Origin: a virus
Lineage: Duplodnaviria > Caudoviricetes
Direction: 5' to 3' (one strand)
Virus record (IMG/VR): IMGVR_UViG_3300042991_000788
Location: 1 to 51,502 of that record
Length of the DNA: 51,502 bases
Below, piece after piece: positions 36,200-46,995 of this stretch. The translations under genes and the position numbers were made by a program. The notes below the pieces were generated by a model. The model saw nothing but the letters and a program-made list of their open reading frames with translations, searched no databases and was not told the origin of the DNA. The first letter of the stretch is position 1, and every line of letters starts with the position of its first letter.

Positions 36200-37678
36200 A
36201 TGGAAAGATTAGGTTTTCTTTGGGAAGATAAACTTAAAAAAAATGGTTTAAGTGCACCTGTAATACCTAACTATTCTTTAGAAGGGTTTCAAGATTTAAC
36301 TTCTCGACCACCTGCTGCACAAGCACCTGTTGGGATAGGGCAGACTATTGAAGCTCCTTTACTCCCCGGTGCTGTAGGAATGTCAAGGAATAGACCTCCT
36401 GTAAATGTACAAACTGGATTACTTAAAGGTCTTATAAAGCCAGATAGAGTTTCATCTTTAATGGATGCTGTTGTTAACAGTAACAATGTCCTGAGGAAAC
36501 TTTCTATAGGTGCTGATGGTTCTTTTGCTATGGAGAGTGATCCTGGTTTCTTACCCCAATCTCCTATGCAAGGAGAACTACAGGGTATTGATAAACCTGT
36601 AGGAGAGCCAAGACCTATGGGTAATTTAGCTCCTGATACTTTTCAACAAGAAACAAAAACTGAAAAACCCTGGTGGCAAAAAGCTGGGGATTTTCTTACC
36701 TCTCCAGAAGCAGGTTATTTATATGGTAAGGTAGGGGCTGCTATTGCTACACCCGGAAGTCCTCAGGCTCAGATAGGAGAGCTTGGTGCTCAAATGAATA
36801 TGAATACTATTTATCAAAGTTACTTGAATGATCTTCGAGCTGGAAAAAAACCAGAAGAATTAAATGATAGAAAGTATGGATTCTTACCTGCAGAAATGAA
36901 ATCAAAAGCACTTGAAGAAATCTATACTACAGGTCAAAGAAGTAGAGAAGAAGAAAAATTTCAGGTGGAAAAACAAGCTTTTGAGCTAGAAAAAATTGCT
37001 CAAGAATATAAGAACTTAGATATACAAGCAACTACTGCTTATACAAAAAAGTTAGCCGCTGGAACACTTACAGCAGAGGAGAAAAAGCAACAGGCAGATA
37101 TGGATAGAGCTATTCAATTAGGCATTGCTGAATATAATCCTAAAGAGGATTGGATAGGTTTAGGGAGTGGTTTTGCTTTTAATCCTAAGTCACGTGAATA
37201 TATTATGGCTGTTGAAACTGGGGATGGAACTCATGGTATGCCTGGAGGTAAGATACCTGCTGCAGATTTAGTACAAATTGAATCTCAGGTCAGTGATCTC
37301 TTTATTGCTGAAGCTGTTGAAGCTCGTAGGGCAGAATTAATAAGTAAAGCTCCTGATAAAGAAACAGCAAAAGAAATTCAAGAGTCAGCAGATATTATTG
37401 AATTCTTTAAGGATGCTGATTCAGGTATAATGCGTGTTAGAACTATTAAGAGTTATCTTCCTCCAGAAAGTGCAACACAGTTTGATAAGTATTATGCTCA
37501 GTATTTAGATAATTATGCTCGAGGTCAGCATTATGGAACTACTCAAGTAGCTCAATCTGAGGACTTACTTAAGAGAGAGATTAATGGAGAGGTCTGGTTA
37601 GTTCGAGAAATACAGAAACCAGATGGGTCTGTTAAATATAAACCAATTAAACCTTTTCCTAAGGCTGGGAAAAAATAA
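36200..37678 (+). CDS. Ejection (internal virion) protein
   Basis: 492 aa, middle of three, helical and low complexity. Confidence 0.6.
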   Translation: MERLGFLWEDKLKKNGLSAPVIPNYSLEGFQDLTSRPPAAQAPVGIGQTIEAPLLPGAVGMSRNRPPVNVQTGLLKGLIKPDRVSSLMDAVVNSNNVLRKLSIGADGSFAMESDPGFLPQSPMQGELQGIDKPVGEPRPMGNLAPDTFQQETKTEKPWWQKAGDFLTSPEAGYLYGKVGAAIATPGSPQAQIGELGAQMNMNTIYQSYLNDLRAGKKPEELNDRKYGFLPAEMKSKALEEIYTTGQRSREEEKFQVEKQAFELEKIAQEYKNLDIQATTAYTKKLAAGTLTAEEKKQQADMDRAIQLGIAEYNPKEDWIGLGSGFAFNPKSREYIMAVETGDGTHGMPGGKIPAADLVQIESQVSDLFIAEAVEARRAELISKAPDKETAKEIQESADIIEFFKDADSGIMRVRTIKSYLPPESATQFDKYYAQYLDNYARGQHYGTTQVAQSEDLLKREINGEVWLVREIQKPDGSVKYKPIKPFPKAGKK

Positions 37679-37684
37679 TTTAAT

Positions 37685-37707
37685 CTATGTTTACTAAATA
37701 CACACAG
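37685..37707. promoter_or_regulatory. 23-bp palindrome family, copy 15
   Basis: CTATGTTTA CTAAA TACACACAG. Confidence 0.9.
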
Positions 37708-37722
37708 ATAGTATTAGACTGT

Positions 37723-37745
37723 CTGTGTTTACTAAATACACACAG
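37723..37745. promoter_or_regulatory. 23-bp palindrome family, copy 16
   Basis: CTGTGTTTA CTAAA TACACACAG. Confidence 0.9.
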
Positions 37746-37752
37746 GTGAAAA

Positions 37753-40700
37753 ATGAGTGAAGATATTATAAAACTCCGTCCAGAAGATATTGAAGACGAT
37801 GTTAGTTTGAAATTAGACTCTGCTGATGAGGGTATTATTAAATTAAAACCTGAAGATATTGAAGAAGATATACCACAATTTACTGAGAGTCCAACCCAGG
37901 ATAAACAGTCTCTAACTCCTCCTATTCCTGGGGAGGACTCTTATTTAGCTAGACTGGATAAAGGAGTATATAGTGCTTATAATTTATTAGCAGATGCTTT
38001 TCACTTTAATCAGTTCTTATCTCAAACTGTGGGTAAGTATGGTACTCCTGAACTTATGGTAACTGCAGTAAGTCAGGTTATGCCTGAAGATGTAAAGAAA
38101 GATATGCAGAATAGGTATCAACTTATTGCTGATTACTTTACACGTAAGGCAGAAGCTAAGCTTGAAGAAAATGGCCCTTTTCCTGTTGATATAGAGATAA
38201 ATAGTGTAGGTGATTTTATTACTCAACTACCTGAAGTCTTTTTAGAAAACCTTCCTATGTTAGGAGTATTTGCAGCCTCTATGTTAGGTGGTCCTGGGTT
38301 AAGTATTACAACTGGGACTTCTATTGCAGGGGGGAGCTCTCTTAGAGCTACGGAGGAATATGAAAAAAATACTGGCACTGTAGTTCCTGTTTGGCAGAAA
38401 GCTGCTACATCAATAACTGTGGGTGTTATAGATGCTGCTCTTGAGTATGTTGGTCTTAAGAGTATGGGAGCAGTTGGTAGACAAGCTGAGGGTGCTCTTG
38501 CTAATATAGCTAATAAATATTTACAAAAATTAGCACAGGGTGGAGTTGCTGTAGTAACTGAAGCTATGACTGAAGGTGTACAGGAAATTAATCAAATCCT
38601 TGCAGAATGGATTACTACAGGACAGTTGCCTCCGAATATAGGAAAAAGATTACTTAATGTTATACATGGTGGTGTAGCTATAGGTGTTGGCGGAAGTACT
38701 CTTAGCGGAACTTTTGGTTATATTGGGGAGAGTGTTAAGCCAAAACCTGGATTAATTGGTCAATATGCTCAAGCTATGCAGAGTAAAAATGTTGAAGAAG
38801 CTGGACGTATTCAGCAACAGATTATGGAAAAAGATCTGATTAATATTTCAGTTGATGAAGAAGGTAAGTTGAAATTTTCTCCTCTTTCTGTAGAGCAAAT
38901 GGAAGAGATGATTCTGAAAATGAAACAAACTTCTGTTGAGCTTACTGGAGAAATAGGTAAAACTGTAGAACCTGAAGTAGGGCAACTTGAAACTACTCCT
39001 CCAATGCAACCAGCACAACCTGAAGTTATTCAGCCTGAGTTGGAAGTTGTACAACCGGAAGCGCTTGTAGGGGAGGTACAAAAAGGAACTACAGTAAAAG
39101 AACCTGAGCAAATGGAATTAATTGAGGCTTCTATAAGTGAAACATTAAAGCCTGAAAAAGTATTGGAATCTGAGAAAGTAGAATCAGAAATAGTAACTGA
39201 AAGACAAGAAGTAAAAAATAAAATTACTACTGGTTTTTATATTAATCCTACGCCTAATGGAAGTCTTCTTCCTGGACTAAGGGTAAATAAAGATGATAAT
39301 ATTGAACCTCATTCTGTTGAAGTTACAGGGGAGCATAATTTAAAACAAACGTTATTAGAACAAAAAGCAAGTATTAAGAATAAACTAACCCGAACTATAA
39401 TTGAAAGATTAATTCCTTTTATCCCAGATGATGCTTTATGGCATACTTATGCAGATTCAGATTCTAATATTGGTGGTAGCTATGATCCTAAATCAGGAGT
39501 TATTCTTATAAATACTAAAGAGGGTAAGTTAGATATTTTAACAAATCCTCTTTATTTATTCCATGAAACAGTACATGCTTTAACTCTGAATACCTTTTTT
39601 AAAGATAAAAATACTCTTACAGAAAATGAAGCTACCTTTGCTAAGGAAATAAAATCTTTACAGGGTCAAGTGGCTATAGCTTTAGAACAATATTTTAAAC
39701 TTAAACCAAAAGCAACTAAGTATAAAGGGATACCTAAAGACTTTGTACTTAATATGATGCTTAGGAATGAAATTGAGTTTATTAGTTATGCTTTAAGTGA
39801 TATACAGTTTCAAACTGCTTTAAAATCTTTAGAGTTTGTAGGAGAAAATAAACCTAAAACTTATTGGTCTCTCTTTTTAGAAAAGGTTCGCAAGTTACTT
39901 AATTTAACTGAACAACCTGGGTTTATTAATGCACTTGATAAAGTCTTAAGTGTTACTGATCAATACTTTTACAGTCAGGTAGAGAAGAAACAAGTATTAA
40001 AAGAAGAAAAAATTAAGGATCTTCCTACCACTGATAGTAAGTCTGATAAAAATTATTCTCAACAAACAATACCCGTTAAGGTTAAGACTACAAAGGAAAA
40101 GTTATTCCTTGAATGGGCTCGTACTCAGATAGATCAGCAAAAATTACTTAAAGATTTTCTTGAGCAGAACAGAGTAAAACCTGAAAAACTTCCGGCAATA
40201 AATTCTGGGAAGAAGATAAATGAGGATGTTCATGGAAAAGCAAGTGATAATAGTAAAGAAGTTCCTTATGTAAAAAGTAAACTGGTTAAGTTTTTTACTG
40301 AGTATATCTGGTTTCCTTCCTTTATCTATATGAGAAAAGATCTAGGGATATTAAAAGATCAAGCTAATGAATTAGGATTAAAGGGAAAAGAGAGAAGAGC
40401 CTTTATACAAAAAGGACTTCCTATGAATACAGGTACTATGGGAGAGCCCTGGAAACTTGGGCATCAGATAGTATCTGCTGGAATGATGTTGGATCATACT
40501 ATTAGAGAGTATACTCAATGGTTGAATAAGTTATCCTATGGAGCTAAAAAAGAAGAACTTGTACATTCAAGAGAGGCTATTGAATATGCTTATCTTGCGA
40601 AGGATAAAAGTTTAACTGAGCAAGAAAGACAAACAGCTGAGGAACATCTTACTCAATTACTTATGAAATATCCTGGACTCAAAAATTCTGTTCTTGGTAC

Positions 40701-42954
40701 TGAGGGTTATGGGGGTATTATAGAATTGTTTGAGTATGTAAAAAAAAGATATCAGGACAGCCAACGTAATCATTTAAAGATGAAGTTTAATCCTGAGATT
40801 AATCTTATCATAGATAAAGTAGTACAGTCTGCAAGAGGTAAGCAAAGTAATAGTGTTAATCTTGAAGAGATTAAAACACTTTTGACTAAGCTAAACATTG
40901 AGGATATGGTTAGAGAAACTTATAAGAAAAGTAAAAAGGCTGATTGGGACGAACTTAAGGAAAAACAAAAGAAATTAAAAAGAGCATCTTTTAAATCTCA
41001 CTTAGCTACTAAAATTTTTAAAGCAAGTAATGAAATTCTTACTATAGATAAATGGGGGTTAAAGAACTACATTACTAATATTGAACTTGGTTCTTATAGA
41101 ATCATTGATAGTGATGGGCATACTGTAGGGTTTGGAAAGAATGTAAAAGAAGCTAGAAGAAAAGCTTTTGATCTAAGAGCTGAAGCTGCTAGAGCTGGAT
41201 TGCCCGAACCAAAATATGAAATAACTCAAAACTTTTCCCCTATCAAACCTACTACTGCAAGAGAAAAAGAGGGGTTAAAAGGATATAGTAATTTATTTGA
41301 AGTCCTTCCTCGATATGTCTATGCTATGGAGAAACGTATTCAATATGAACCTCTCATGGATGATTTTAAGAGAGCACAAAAGAAACATCCTGATGTGTTT
41401 ACTGAAGATGTGAAAAGAATAATGCAGGCTCAATTTGACGCTGTACTTGGTAATAAGTATTCTTTTTCTGATCAAATTTTTGATGAGTATATCGCCATTC
41501 CTATGGGATGGGAAACAGGAATGTTTAGTACTGGACTTACTAAAGTGAGGAAAGTTACTGCTAATCTTTTACTTGGTTATAGACAGGTTGCTTCTTTAAT
41601 TAATATAACGTCTGGCTTTGGTCAAACTTGGTCAGTAGTAGGTAATACTTATTATGCGAAAGCAAGTGAAGCTGTAAGAACAGGGAAGTATACTAATTCA
41701 TTTGGGCGTATAGTGGATATTAGTAAAGTATTAAATAGAATTGAAGAGAAAGGTTTACTAGGTATTGATTTTGCAGTTAATTCTGATGGAAGTATTAGTA
41801 CAAGAACTCCACTCTGGAAGCCTTTAGGAACTTTTGCTCTTGCTGAAAAGTTTATTCGTCCGCATGCTTTTGCAGCAAACTATATCTATCAATTAGAAGT
41901 GTTAGGTAAGACTGATTTCGAAGCTGAAACTGCTGCTTTAGAGAATATGTATTTTCAACAGGGTATCTATAACATCGCAGCCTTACCCCATATGCTAAGA
42001 AGTCCTATGGGTAGAACTATTGGGATGTTTCGATCTTATATGATTAACCAGATTCAGTTCATGTCTACTTTAAGAGGAAAGCAAATAGCAAGGTTTGTAG
42101 GAGTTCAACTTGCTTTAGCTGGCCCGAGGGGAGTATTGTATACACTAAAGAGTATTCCTTTATTTGGAGCTTTAGGTTTACTTGATGATCTTGAAGAGTG
42201 GTTTGTTAAGGAAGAAACGAATCCTATTACAGGTATGGCTAAACGAGGTATCGGTGGTCTTGTAGGTACTGATATTACAGGAGCTGCAACTATGCAATTT
42301 CCTGATAGGCCAGAAGACTGGGGTGGTCCGATACTTGGAAAGATGGTACAGTTGTTTAAAGATGTAGTATTTCCTGGCTTAGCTGTGGGTGTAGGTGCAA
42401 TTACTGGTAAGCCTGCTCCTGCGTATGTTTCAGATGCAGGGATTAATTGGTTACAATCTCTTTCTCCTATGTCTTATTATTTGAATGATTTACTTGAAGG
42501 TACTCTTTTCTGGGAAAGTGATATTGAAGTTAATGATTTAAATGATGGTTATGCTTTACTTAGAGATAAACTTCAAAGACCTAATATCTGGATACGAGAT
42601 AGTAATGGTAATAAAGCGTATCAAATAGGAGGACTTCAGGATAGAGTATTACTTGGGCTAGGTGCAGCTCCGATTAAGAAGAGTGAGTATAAAGTACTGA
42701 AAAATATTTGGCAAAGAAATGCTAAAATTATGCAGGAGAATAGAAATAAGTGGTATAGTAAAGTTGTAAAGTCTCTTCTTGATGGAAGAGGTTTAACTAA
42801 GGATTTAGTCCAGGATGGTATTCTATACGGAGTTGATATGAAACTAATTCCTGATGCCTATAAATTTAGGCAAATGTCACCCCAAGTAAGGGAGGTTCTA
42901 AAAGCTAAGTTATTAGAAAAGGCTGATGCTTTAGACCACTTTAATATAAAATAA
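37753..42954 (+). CDS. Large ejection/polyvalent protein with zincin metallopeptidase motif
   Basis: 1733 aa; EAMTEGVQE motif; GGSYDPKSGVILIN...LFHETVHALT (HExxH)...NEIEFISY. Confidence 0.75.
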   Translation: MSEDIIKLRPEDIEDDVSLKLDSADEGIIKLKPEDIEEDIPQFTESPTQDKQSLTPPIPGEDSYLARLDKGVYSAYNLLADAFHFNQFLSQTVGKYGTPELMVTAVSQVMPEDVKKDMQNRYQLIADYFTRKAEAKLEENGPFPVDIEINSVGDFITQLPEVFLENLPMLGVFAASMLGGPGLSITTGTSIAGGSSLRATEEYEKNTGTVVPVWQKAATSITVGVIDAALEYVGLKSMGAVGRQAEGALANIANKYLQKLAQGGVAVVTEAMTEGVQEINQILAEWITTGQLPPNIGKRLLNVIHGGVAIGVGGSTLSGTFGYIGESVKPKPGLIGQYAQAMQSKNVEEAGRIQQQIMEKDLINISVDEEGKLKFSPLSVEQMEEMILKMKQTSVELTGEIGKTVEPEVGQLETTPPMQPAQPEVIQPELEVVQPEALVGEVQKGTTVKEPEQMELIEASISETLKPEKVLESEKVESEIVTERQEVKNKITTGFYINPTPNGSLLPGLRVNKDDNIEPHSVEVTGEHNLKQTLLEQKASIKNKLTRTIIERLIPFIPDDALWHTYADSDSNIGGSYDPKSGVILINTKEGKLDILTNPLYLFHETVHALTLNTFFKDKNTLTENEATFAKEIKSLQGQVAIALEQYFKLKPKATKYKGIPKDFVLNMMLRNEIEFISYALSDIQFQTALKSLEFVGENKPKTYWSLFLEKVRKLLNLTEQPGFINALDKVLSVTDQYFYSQVEKKQVLKEEKIKDLPTTDSKSDKNYSQQTIPVKVKTTKEKLFLEWARTQIDQQKLLKDFLEQNRVKPEKLPAINSGKKINEDVHGKASDNSKEVPYVKSKLVKFFTEYIWFPSFIYMRKDLGILKDQANELGLKGKERRAFIQKGLPMNTGTMGEPWKLGHQIVSAGMMLDHTIREYTQWLNKLSYGAKKEELVHSREAIEYAYLAKDKSLTEQERQTAEEHLTQLLMKYPGLKNSVLGTEGYGGIIELFEYVKKRYQDSQRNHLKMKFNPEINLIIDKVVQSARGKQSNSVNLEEIKTLLTKLNIEDMVRETYKKSKKADWDELKEKQKKLKRASFKSHLATKIFKASNEILTIDKWGLKNYITNIELGSYRIIDSDGHTVGFGKNVKEARRKAFDLRAEAARAGLPEPKYEITQNFSPIKPTTAREKEGLKGYSNLFEVLPRYVYAMEKRIQYEPLMDDFKRAQKKHPDVFTEDVKRIMQAQFDAVLGNKYSFSDQIFDEYIAIPMGWETGMFSTGLTKVRKVTANLLLGYRQVASLINITSGFGQTWSVVGNTYYAKASEAVRTGKYTNSFGRIVDISKVLNRIEEKGLLGIDFAVNSDGSISTRTPLWKPLGTFALAEKFIRPHAFAANYIYQLEVLGKTDFEAETAALENMYFQQGIYNIAALPHMLRSPMGRTIGMFRSYMINQIQFMSTLRGKQIARFVGVQLALAGPRGVLYTLKSIPLFGALGLLDDLEEWFVKEETNPITGMAKRGIGGLVGTDITGAATMQFPDRPEDWGGPILGKMVQLFKDVVFPGLAVGVGAITGKPAPAYVSDAGINWLQSLSPMSYYLNDLLEGTLFWESDIEVNDLNDGYALLRDKLQRPNIWIRDSNGNKAYQIGGLQDRVLLGLGAAPIKKSEYKVLKNIWQRNAKIMQENRNKWYSKVVKSLLDGRGLTKDLVQDGILYGVDMKLIPDAYKFRQMSPQVREVLKAKLLEKADALDHFNIK

Positions 42955-42955
42955 C

Positions 42956-42978
42956 CTGTGTGTATTTAGTACACATAG
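42956..42978. promoter_or_regulatory. 23-bp palindrome family, copy 17
   Basis: CTGTGTGTA TTTAG TACACATAG. Confidence 0.9.
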
Positions 42979-43003
42979 ATAGACTAAAACCAAAGGAGGT
43001 ATT

Positions 43004-43303
43004 ATGTTAGTAAGAATGTTTGGTAAGGTAATTTCTCTTGTAATGCCCTGGGAAATTATTTTAGGTTATGTTATTCAATTAGCTTCTAGTTTGCTGAAAG
43101 AATGGCTGAAGACTATGACTTACACTAAGAAAGGGAAGTACTTTACTATGACAGTTTATGTCTTATGTGAAGCTCTTGGTGAAGAATTAGTTGCTGATAC
43201 TCGAACAAATGTTGATGATACTCTGTTACAGGGGGTCATTAATCTTTGTGAGGAAATGGCTGAACGGGGAGAATTTAAACTTCCAGTAGTACCAGAGGTA
43301 TAA
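43004..43303 (+). CDS. Small amphipathic protein, last late gene (possible lysis role)
   Basis: AGGAGG RBS; hydrophobic N-terminus; LVADTRTNVDD. Confidence 0.6.
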   Translation: MLVRMFGKVISLVMPWEIILGYVIQLASSLLKEWLKTMTYTKKGKYFTMTVYVLCEALGEELVADTRTNVDDTLLQGVINLCEEMAERGEFKLPVVPEV

Positions 43304-43306
43304 GAA

Positions 43307-43340
43307 TAAAAGGGTAGTCTGTAATAGGCTACCCTTTTTT
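43307..43340. terminator. Bidirectional intrinsic terminator between convergent operons
   Basis: AAAAGGGTAGTCT-GTAAT-AGGCTACCCTTTTTT. Confidence 0.88.
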
Positions 43341-43341
43341 G

Positions 43342-44559
43342 TTACTCCTTACCTGTATATTTGATGTAAAAATAAGGTTTCCCTTCTCGTTCAATTCTAT
43401 ATGTTTGTACATATTTTGAATATTCGAGACTGCTTATGATAGCAGATAGATCTCGTGGCATTACATCATAACTGAATTGAGCGGATAGGTCACTATATAC
43501 AACCTCTTGATGTGACCTGATGTAATTAAGTATTTTAGCAGTGAGACTTGCAAAAGAACTCTGACCAATCCCTTCAAAGGTTTTGGCCATCTTTATTTCT
43601 GTTATTTGTAAAAGTCTGATAGCCCTATCAAAATCTATATCACGTAATACTAACTCATTACTTCTTGATAGGCTATAAAGCATAGCTACTTTGTGTAAGT
43701 GAGTTGGTCTTCGTTCCATATAACCTGTCATTTTTTCTGATTTAGCTACAGGACTTCTTTCACAGCCCACATCCACTCCATACTCTGCCCAGGAAGGATA
43801 CCAGGCTCCCCACCTGTTTAGGTATGATTGATCTTTTCGAAATTCACCAGATAGGACGTGTATCATACTCAGGTCTTTTATTAATTTTTCTTTTAACTCT
43901 TCATTTTTGGTATTAGAGAATGGAAAGACTACTATTTTCCTATCACCTTTCTCTGCAAAAACATAGATGAAACGTGAGTTTAGACCTGACCCAAAACTTA
44001 GTGTAGGTAAAGCTTCTTGTAATAAGTCTGGAGTTGTTGCACCGAGTAAGTTTACCCACAGTTTTTTAATAGTATCCTTACCCTGAGTTTTAGTATCATA
44101 CTCCCAGAACTGATCACAGTCATACCAGTCTGCAAGGTTTGACATAAAGTCAAGGTTTTTGTAGCCAAGAAAAACTGTTAACTCTTTTGAGAATATGGTA
44201 AGAGAAGCATTTGCTTGTATTCTTCCATCTGATACAGTAAAGTTTTCTCCTGCTTTCTTCAAAGCTCTGATAAGTGCTTCTTGTGTAGTTTTATTTGCTG
44301 CAATATGTAAACCAAGATCTCTGAGGATAGGTTCTGCTGGTCCCATAGCAGTTCCTTTACGCCCTCCAGGGAGGGCAACAAATGCAAGGAAGAGGTTGCA
44401 AAAAACATCCTTCTCCCATTTTAAGAAGACTTTTCTTTCAACAGCACTGGCTATCATAAAGAGAGAAGTCCAATGATTGAACAATTTTGGAGTCTCCTGA
44501 TGCTCCATGTATTCCACCCAGGACTTACTCCAATCTTCAAGTCCTCTGATTAACTCCAT
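43342..44559 (-). CDS. DUF3987/YfjI-like P-loop ATPase (probable replicative helicase)
   Basis: FVALPGGRKGTA, LADWYDC, NLLGATTP, GLNSRFIYV. Confidence 0.75.
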   Translation of the reverse strand: MELIRGLEDWSKSWVEYMEHQETPKLFNHWTSLFMIASAVERKVFLKWEKDVFCNLFLAFVALPGGRKGTAMGPAEPILRDLGLHIAANKTTQEALIRALKKAGENFTVSDGRIQANASLTIFSKELTVFLGYKNLDFMSNLADWYDCDQFWEYDTKTQGKDTIKKLWVNLLGATTPDLLQEALPTLSFGSGLNSRFIYVFAEKGDRKIVVFPFSNTKNEELKEKLIKDLSMIHVLSGEFRKDQSYLNRWGAWYPSWAEYGVDVGCERSPVAKSEKMTGYMERRPTHLHKVAMLYSLSRSNELVLRDIDFDRAIRLLQITEIKMAKTFEGIGQSSFASLTAKILNYIRSHQEVVYSDLSAQFSYDVMPRDLSAIISSLEYSKYVQTYRIEREGKPYFYIKYTGKE

Positions 44560-46978
44560 TATACTCTCCTGTAAAGAACTCTTGCAATTGTTCCTTTAAT
44601 TGACTATCAGAAATGAATTTTAATTTCTTCATTCTACCGAGGTTTGTTCCTACTGTTAATTCAAACGGGATAGAAAATTCTTTAAACTTCCATGTTATAG
44701 GTTGCTCTATGTTGTTTTTTATTTGAGAGATAAGACTTATATGTTTATCTATTCCTAAGGATAGGGGAAGTTCAAAGTCTATACTATCATGTACTTGCCG
44801 AAGTAAGATTACATCCTTGTAGGTAGAGTCATAATATAAAGGAATCAAACCTCGTCTGTTAATACAGTCACTAGTGTTTGATTGTGCAGGGAAAGCATAG
44901 GCTTTGTTAAATAAAGCAGGTCCCCAAGCATCTTTAAAAAGATATTTTCTACCAAAAGGGTTGGTTAAGATACGGGATTTTCTTAATTCTGTTTGAACCC
45001 ATTTATGATATTTGTTAATAACTCCAGGGTAAGTGTAATGATATTTGTCATAGATTAATTTACCCTGACTTTCAGGGATTTCTAAATTGAAAGAAAATAG
45101 TTTATAACCCATACCGAAGTTTAAAGAGTGATTAGCTTTTTTACCCCAATACCTATGGGTCTGGTCACCATAACCGAGACTACACTTTACTTTTTCTTTA
45201 TCCATCTGAGTTATCTCAATTGCAGGAATGTTGAAAATAAAACTTGCTGTTAGACTATGTACGTCTATACCTTCTTCAAAAGCTAAAATCATTCTTTCTT
45301 CTGGTGCAAGGTAAGCTACGGCTCTATTATCAGCTTGACTTAAATCTCCTGAGTAAAGGAGATAACCATCATCAGGGATGAAAATAGTATTCATTTCTTT
45401 AGGGATATTCTGGTGATTAGTACCGAAGCCAAATATATCCTCAGAAGAGGATAAGCGACCCATTGCTGTTATGGGATTGTAACTACAAACTAAACGATTA
45501 TTTTTGAGTTGAACAGCTAGATAATTAGACAATAGCTTTCTGTTATGCCTGATGTTTAGAATGATCCTTGCTTCTAAGTAACCTCTTCTAGCTATACGGG
45601 ATAAAGCAGATTCATCTGTAGTAACTGAGGCTGCACCTCTTTTTTTATAAGGAGCAATACCAAGTTTATCATAGAAATAAGCTGCTACTTGTTTACTACT
45701 GTTTACATTTAATTCAAAACCTACCTTTTTATTTAATTCTTCTTGAAGAGCAGAGTTTGTTTCCTCGGTTCTGGTACGAATCTTATCCATTTCAGTAACA
45801 TCTACTTTAATTCCATTAGTAGACATAAAAATACAAGGGTCAATTAAAGACAAGTGCATGTCGTAAGTTTCTTTGTTATTTAATCTTTCTAAGTCAGACA
45901 AAAGACCAGGTAAAACTTCAAGACAAACAAGAGAATCTTTTGCATTATACTTACCAAAGTCTTCTTCATTACCTCCAATTTTCCAGTACTCTTTTCCAAT
46001 ATCTTTGTAATACTGATGACGTGTTCTTGTACTTGTGATGAAACCTAAGTCTGCTTTATAATCAGGAAGGACTAACTTATGAGCTATTAAAGTATCCTCT
46101 TTGTTCTGCATAACAAAGCCAAATTTTTGGAACAAAAAGCCACAGTCAAAGACTAAATTTTGACCTACTTTTTTAATAGCAGGATCTTCTAAGATATTAC
46201 CTATGAGTTTCCAGATAACTAACTCTTGAGGAGGTGAGAAGTAATTGCTATTGTTTAAGTAAAAAGGTATTGACATACAGTTGTGTAAATCATAAACTAA
46301 AGCGATACGAGATATCTCTCGTCGACTAACTTCAATATCTATAGCTACTAAGTATTGTTTTTCTTGGATCTCTATGAGAGAAGAAATAACTTCTGAATAA
46401 GAAGGGAAGACATTGTAATTTACCTGAGGAAGAATTAATTCCTGAGTTCCCATCTCTTCTTTAGCCTTGATTAAATCAAGTAAGATCAAATGCCTGTATA
46501 AATAATTGTGGAGTGTAGCTATGGGATGAATAGAAGGGATAACTTTTTTCTTTAATTCATCCTGCCAATAGATACTTCCTCGGTATCTGGTGATTCCTGT
46601 TTTGTTTAGTAAAGCACACATAGCAAGATCACCTAGAGTGAAAATAACATTAGCTTTGATTTGTTTCAGTTCTTCTAATAACTCTTGTATGTGTGATTTA
46701 CCTGCTGATAGGATACCTTTTTTTTCTGAATAGACTTCTTCTTTATCTATAAGAAAGATAGTGTCTAAGCCACGTTTACTCTTTGTTATTTTATATTTAA
46801 GGGCATAGGTGAAGTAAATATTGTCCTTTGGAATCCTGGCATTTAATAACAAGTTTAAAAGTAACTCTCCTGAAGAGCCAGCAAAAGGCTGGCCCTGTTG
46901 AATTTCGATATCTCCAGGAGTATCTCCTAGGATTATTAAAGGAGAATCTTGGCTACCTATAGATGGAACTTGTATCAT
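44537..46978 (-). CDS. polA: Family A DNA polymerase with N-terminal uracil-DNA-glycosylase-like domain and 3'-5' exonuclease
   Basis: GDTPGDIE...PFAGSSG...HP; IDIE, QNLVFD, YNAKD; GRLSSS, DLSQAD, RYWGKKANHSLNFG, QVHDS. Confidence 0.92.
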   Translation of the reverse strand: MIQVPSIGSQDSPLIILGDTPGDIEIQQGQPFAGSSGELLLNLLLNARIPKDNIYFTYALKYKITKSKRGLDTIFLIDKEEVYSEKKGILSAGKSHIQELLEELKQIKANVIFTLGDLAMCALLNKTGITRYRGSIYWQDELKKKVIPSIHPIATLHNYLYRHLILLDLIKAKEEMGTQELILPQVNYNVFPSYSEVISSLIEIQEKQYLVAIDIEVSRREISRIALVYDLHNCMSIPFYLNNSNYFSPPQELVIWKLIGNILEDPAIKKVGQNLVFDCGFLFQKFGFVMQNKEDTLIAHKLVLPDYKADLGFITSTRTRHQYYKDIGKEYWKIGGNEEDFGKYNAKDSLVCLEVLPGLLSDLERLNNKETYDMHLSLIDPCIFMSTNGIKVDVTEMDKIRTRTEETNSALQEELNKKVGFELNVNSSKQVAAYFYDKLGIAPYKKRGAASVTTDESALSRIARRGYLEARIILNIRHNRKLLSNYLAVQLKNNRLVCSYNPITAMGRLSSSEDIFGFGTNHQNIPKEMNTIFIPDDGYLLYSGDLSQADNRAVAYLAPEERMILAFEEGIDVHSLTASFIFNIPAIEITQMDKEKVKCSLGYGDQTHRYWGKKANHSLNFGMGYKLFSFNLEIPESQGKLIYDKYHYTYPGVINKYHKWVQTELRKSRILTNPFGRKYLFKDAWGPALFNKAYAFPAQSNTSDCINRRGLIPLYYDSTYKDVILLRQVHDSIDFELPLSLGIDKHISLISQIKNNIEQPITWKFKEFSIPFELTVGTNLGRMKKLKFISDSQLKEQLQEFFTGEYNGVNQRT

Positions 46979-46995
46979 CTTTCCTCCTTTTATAT

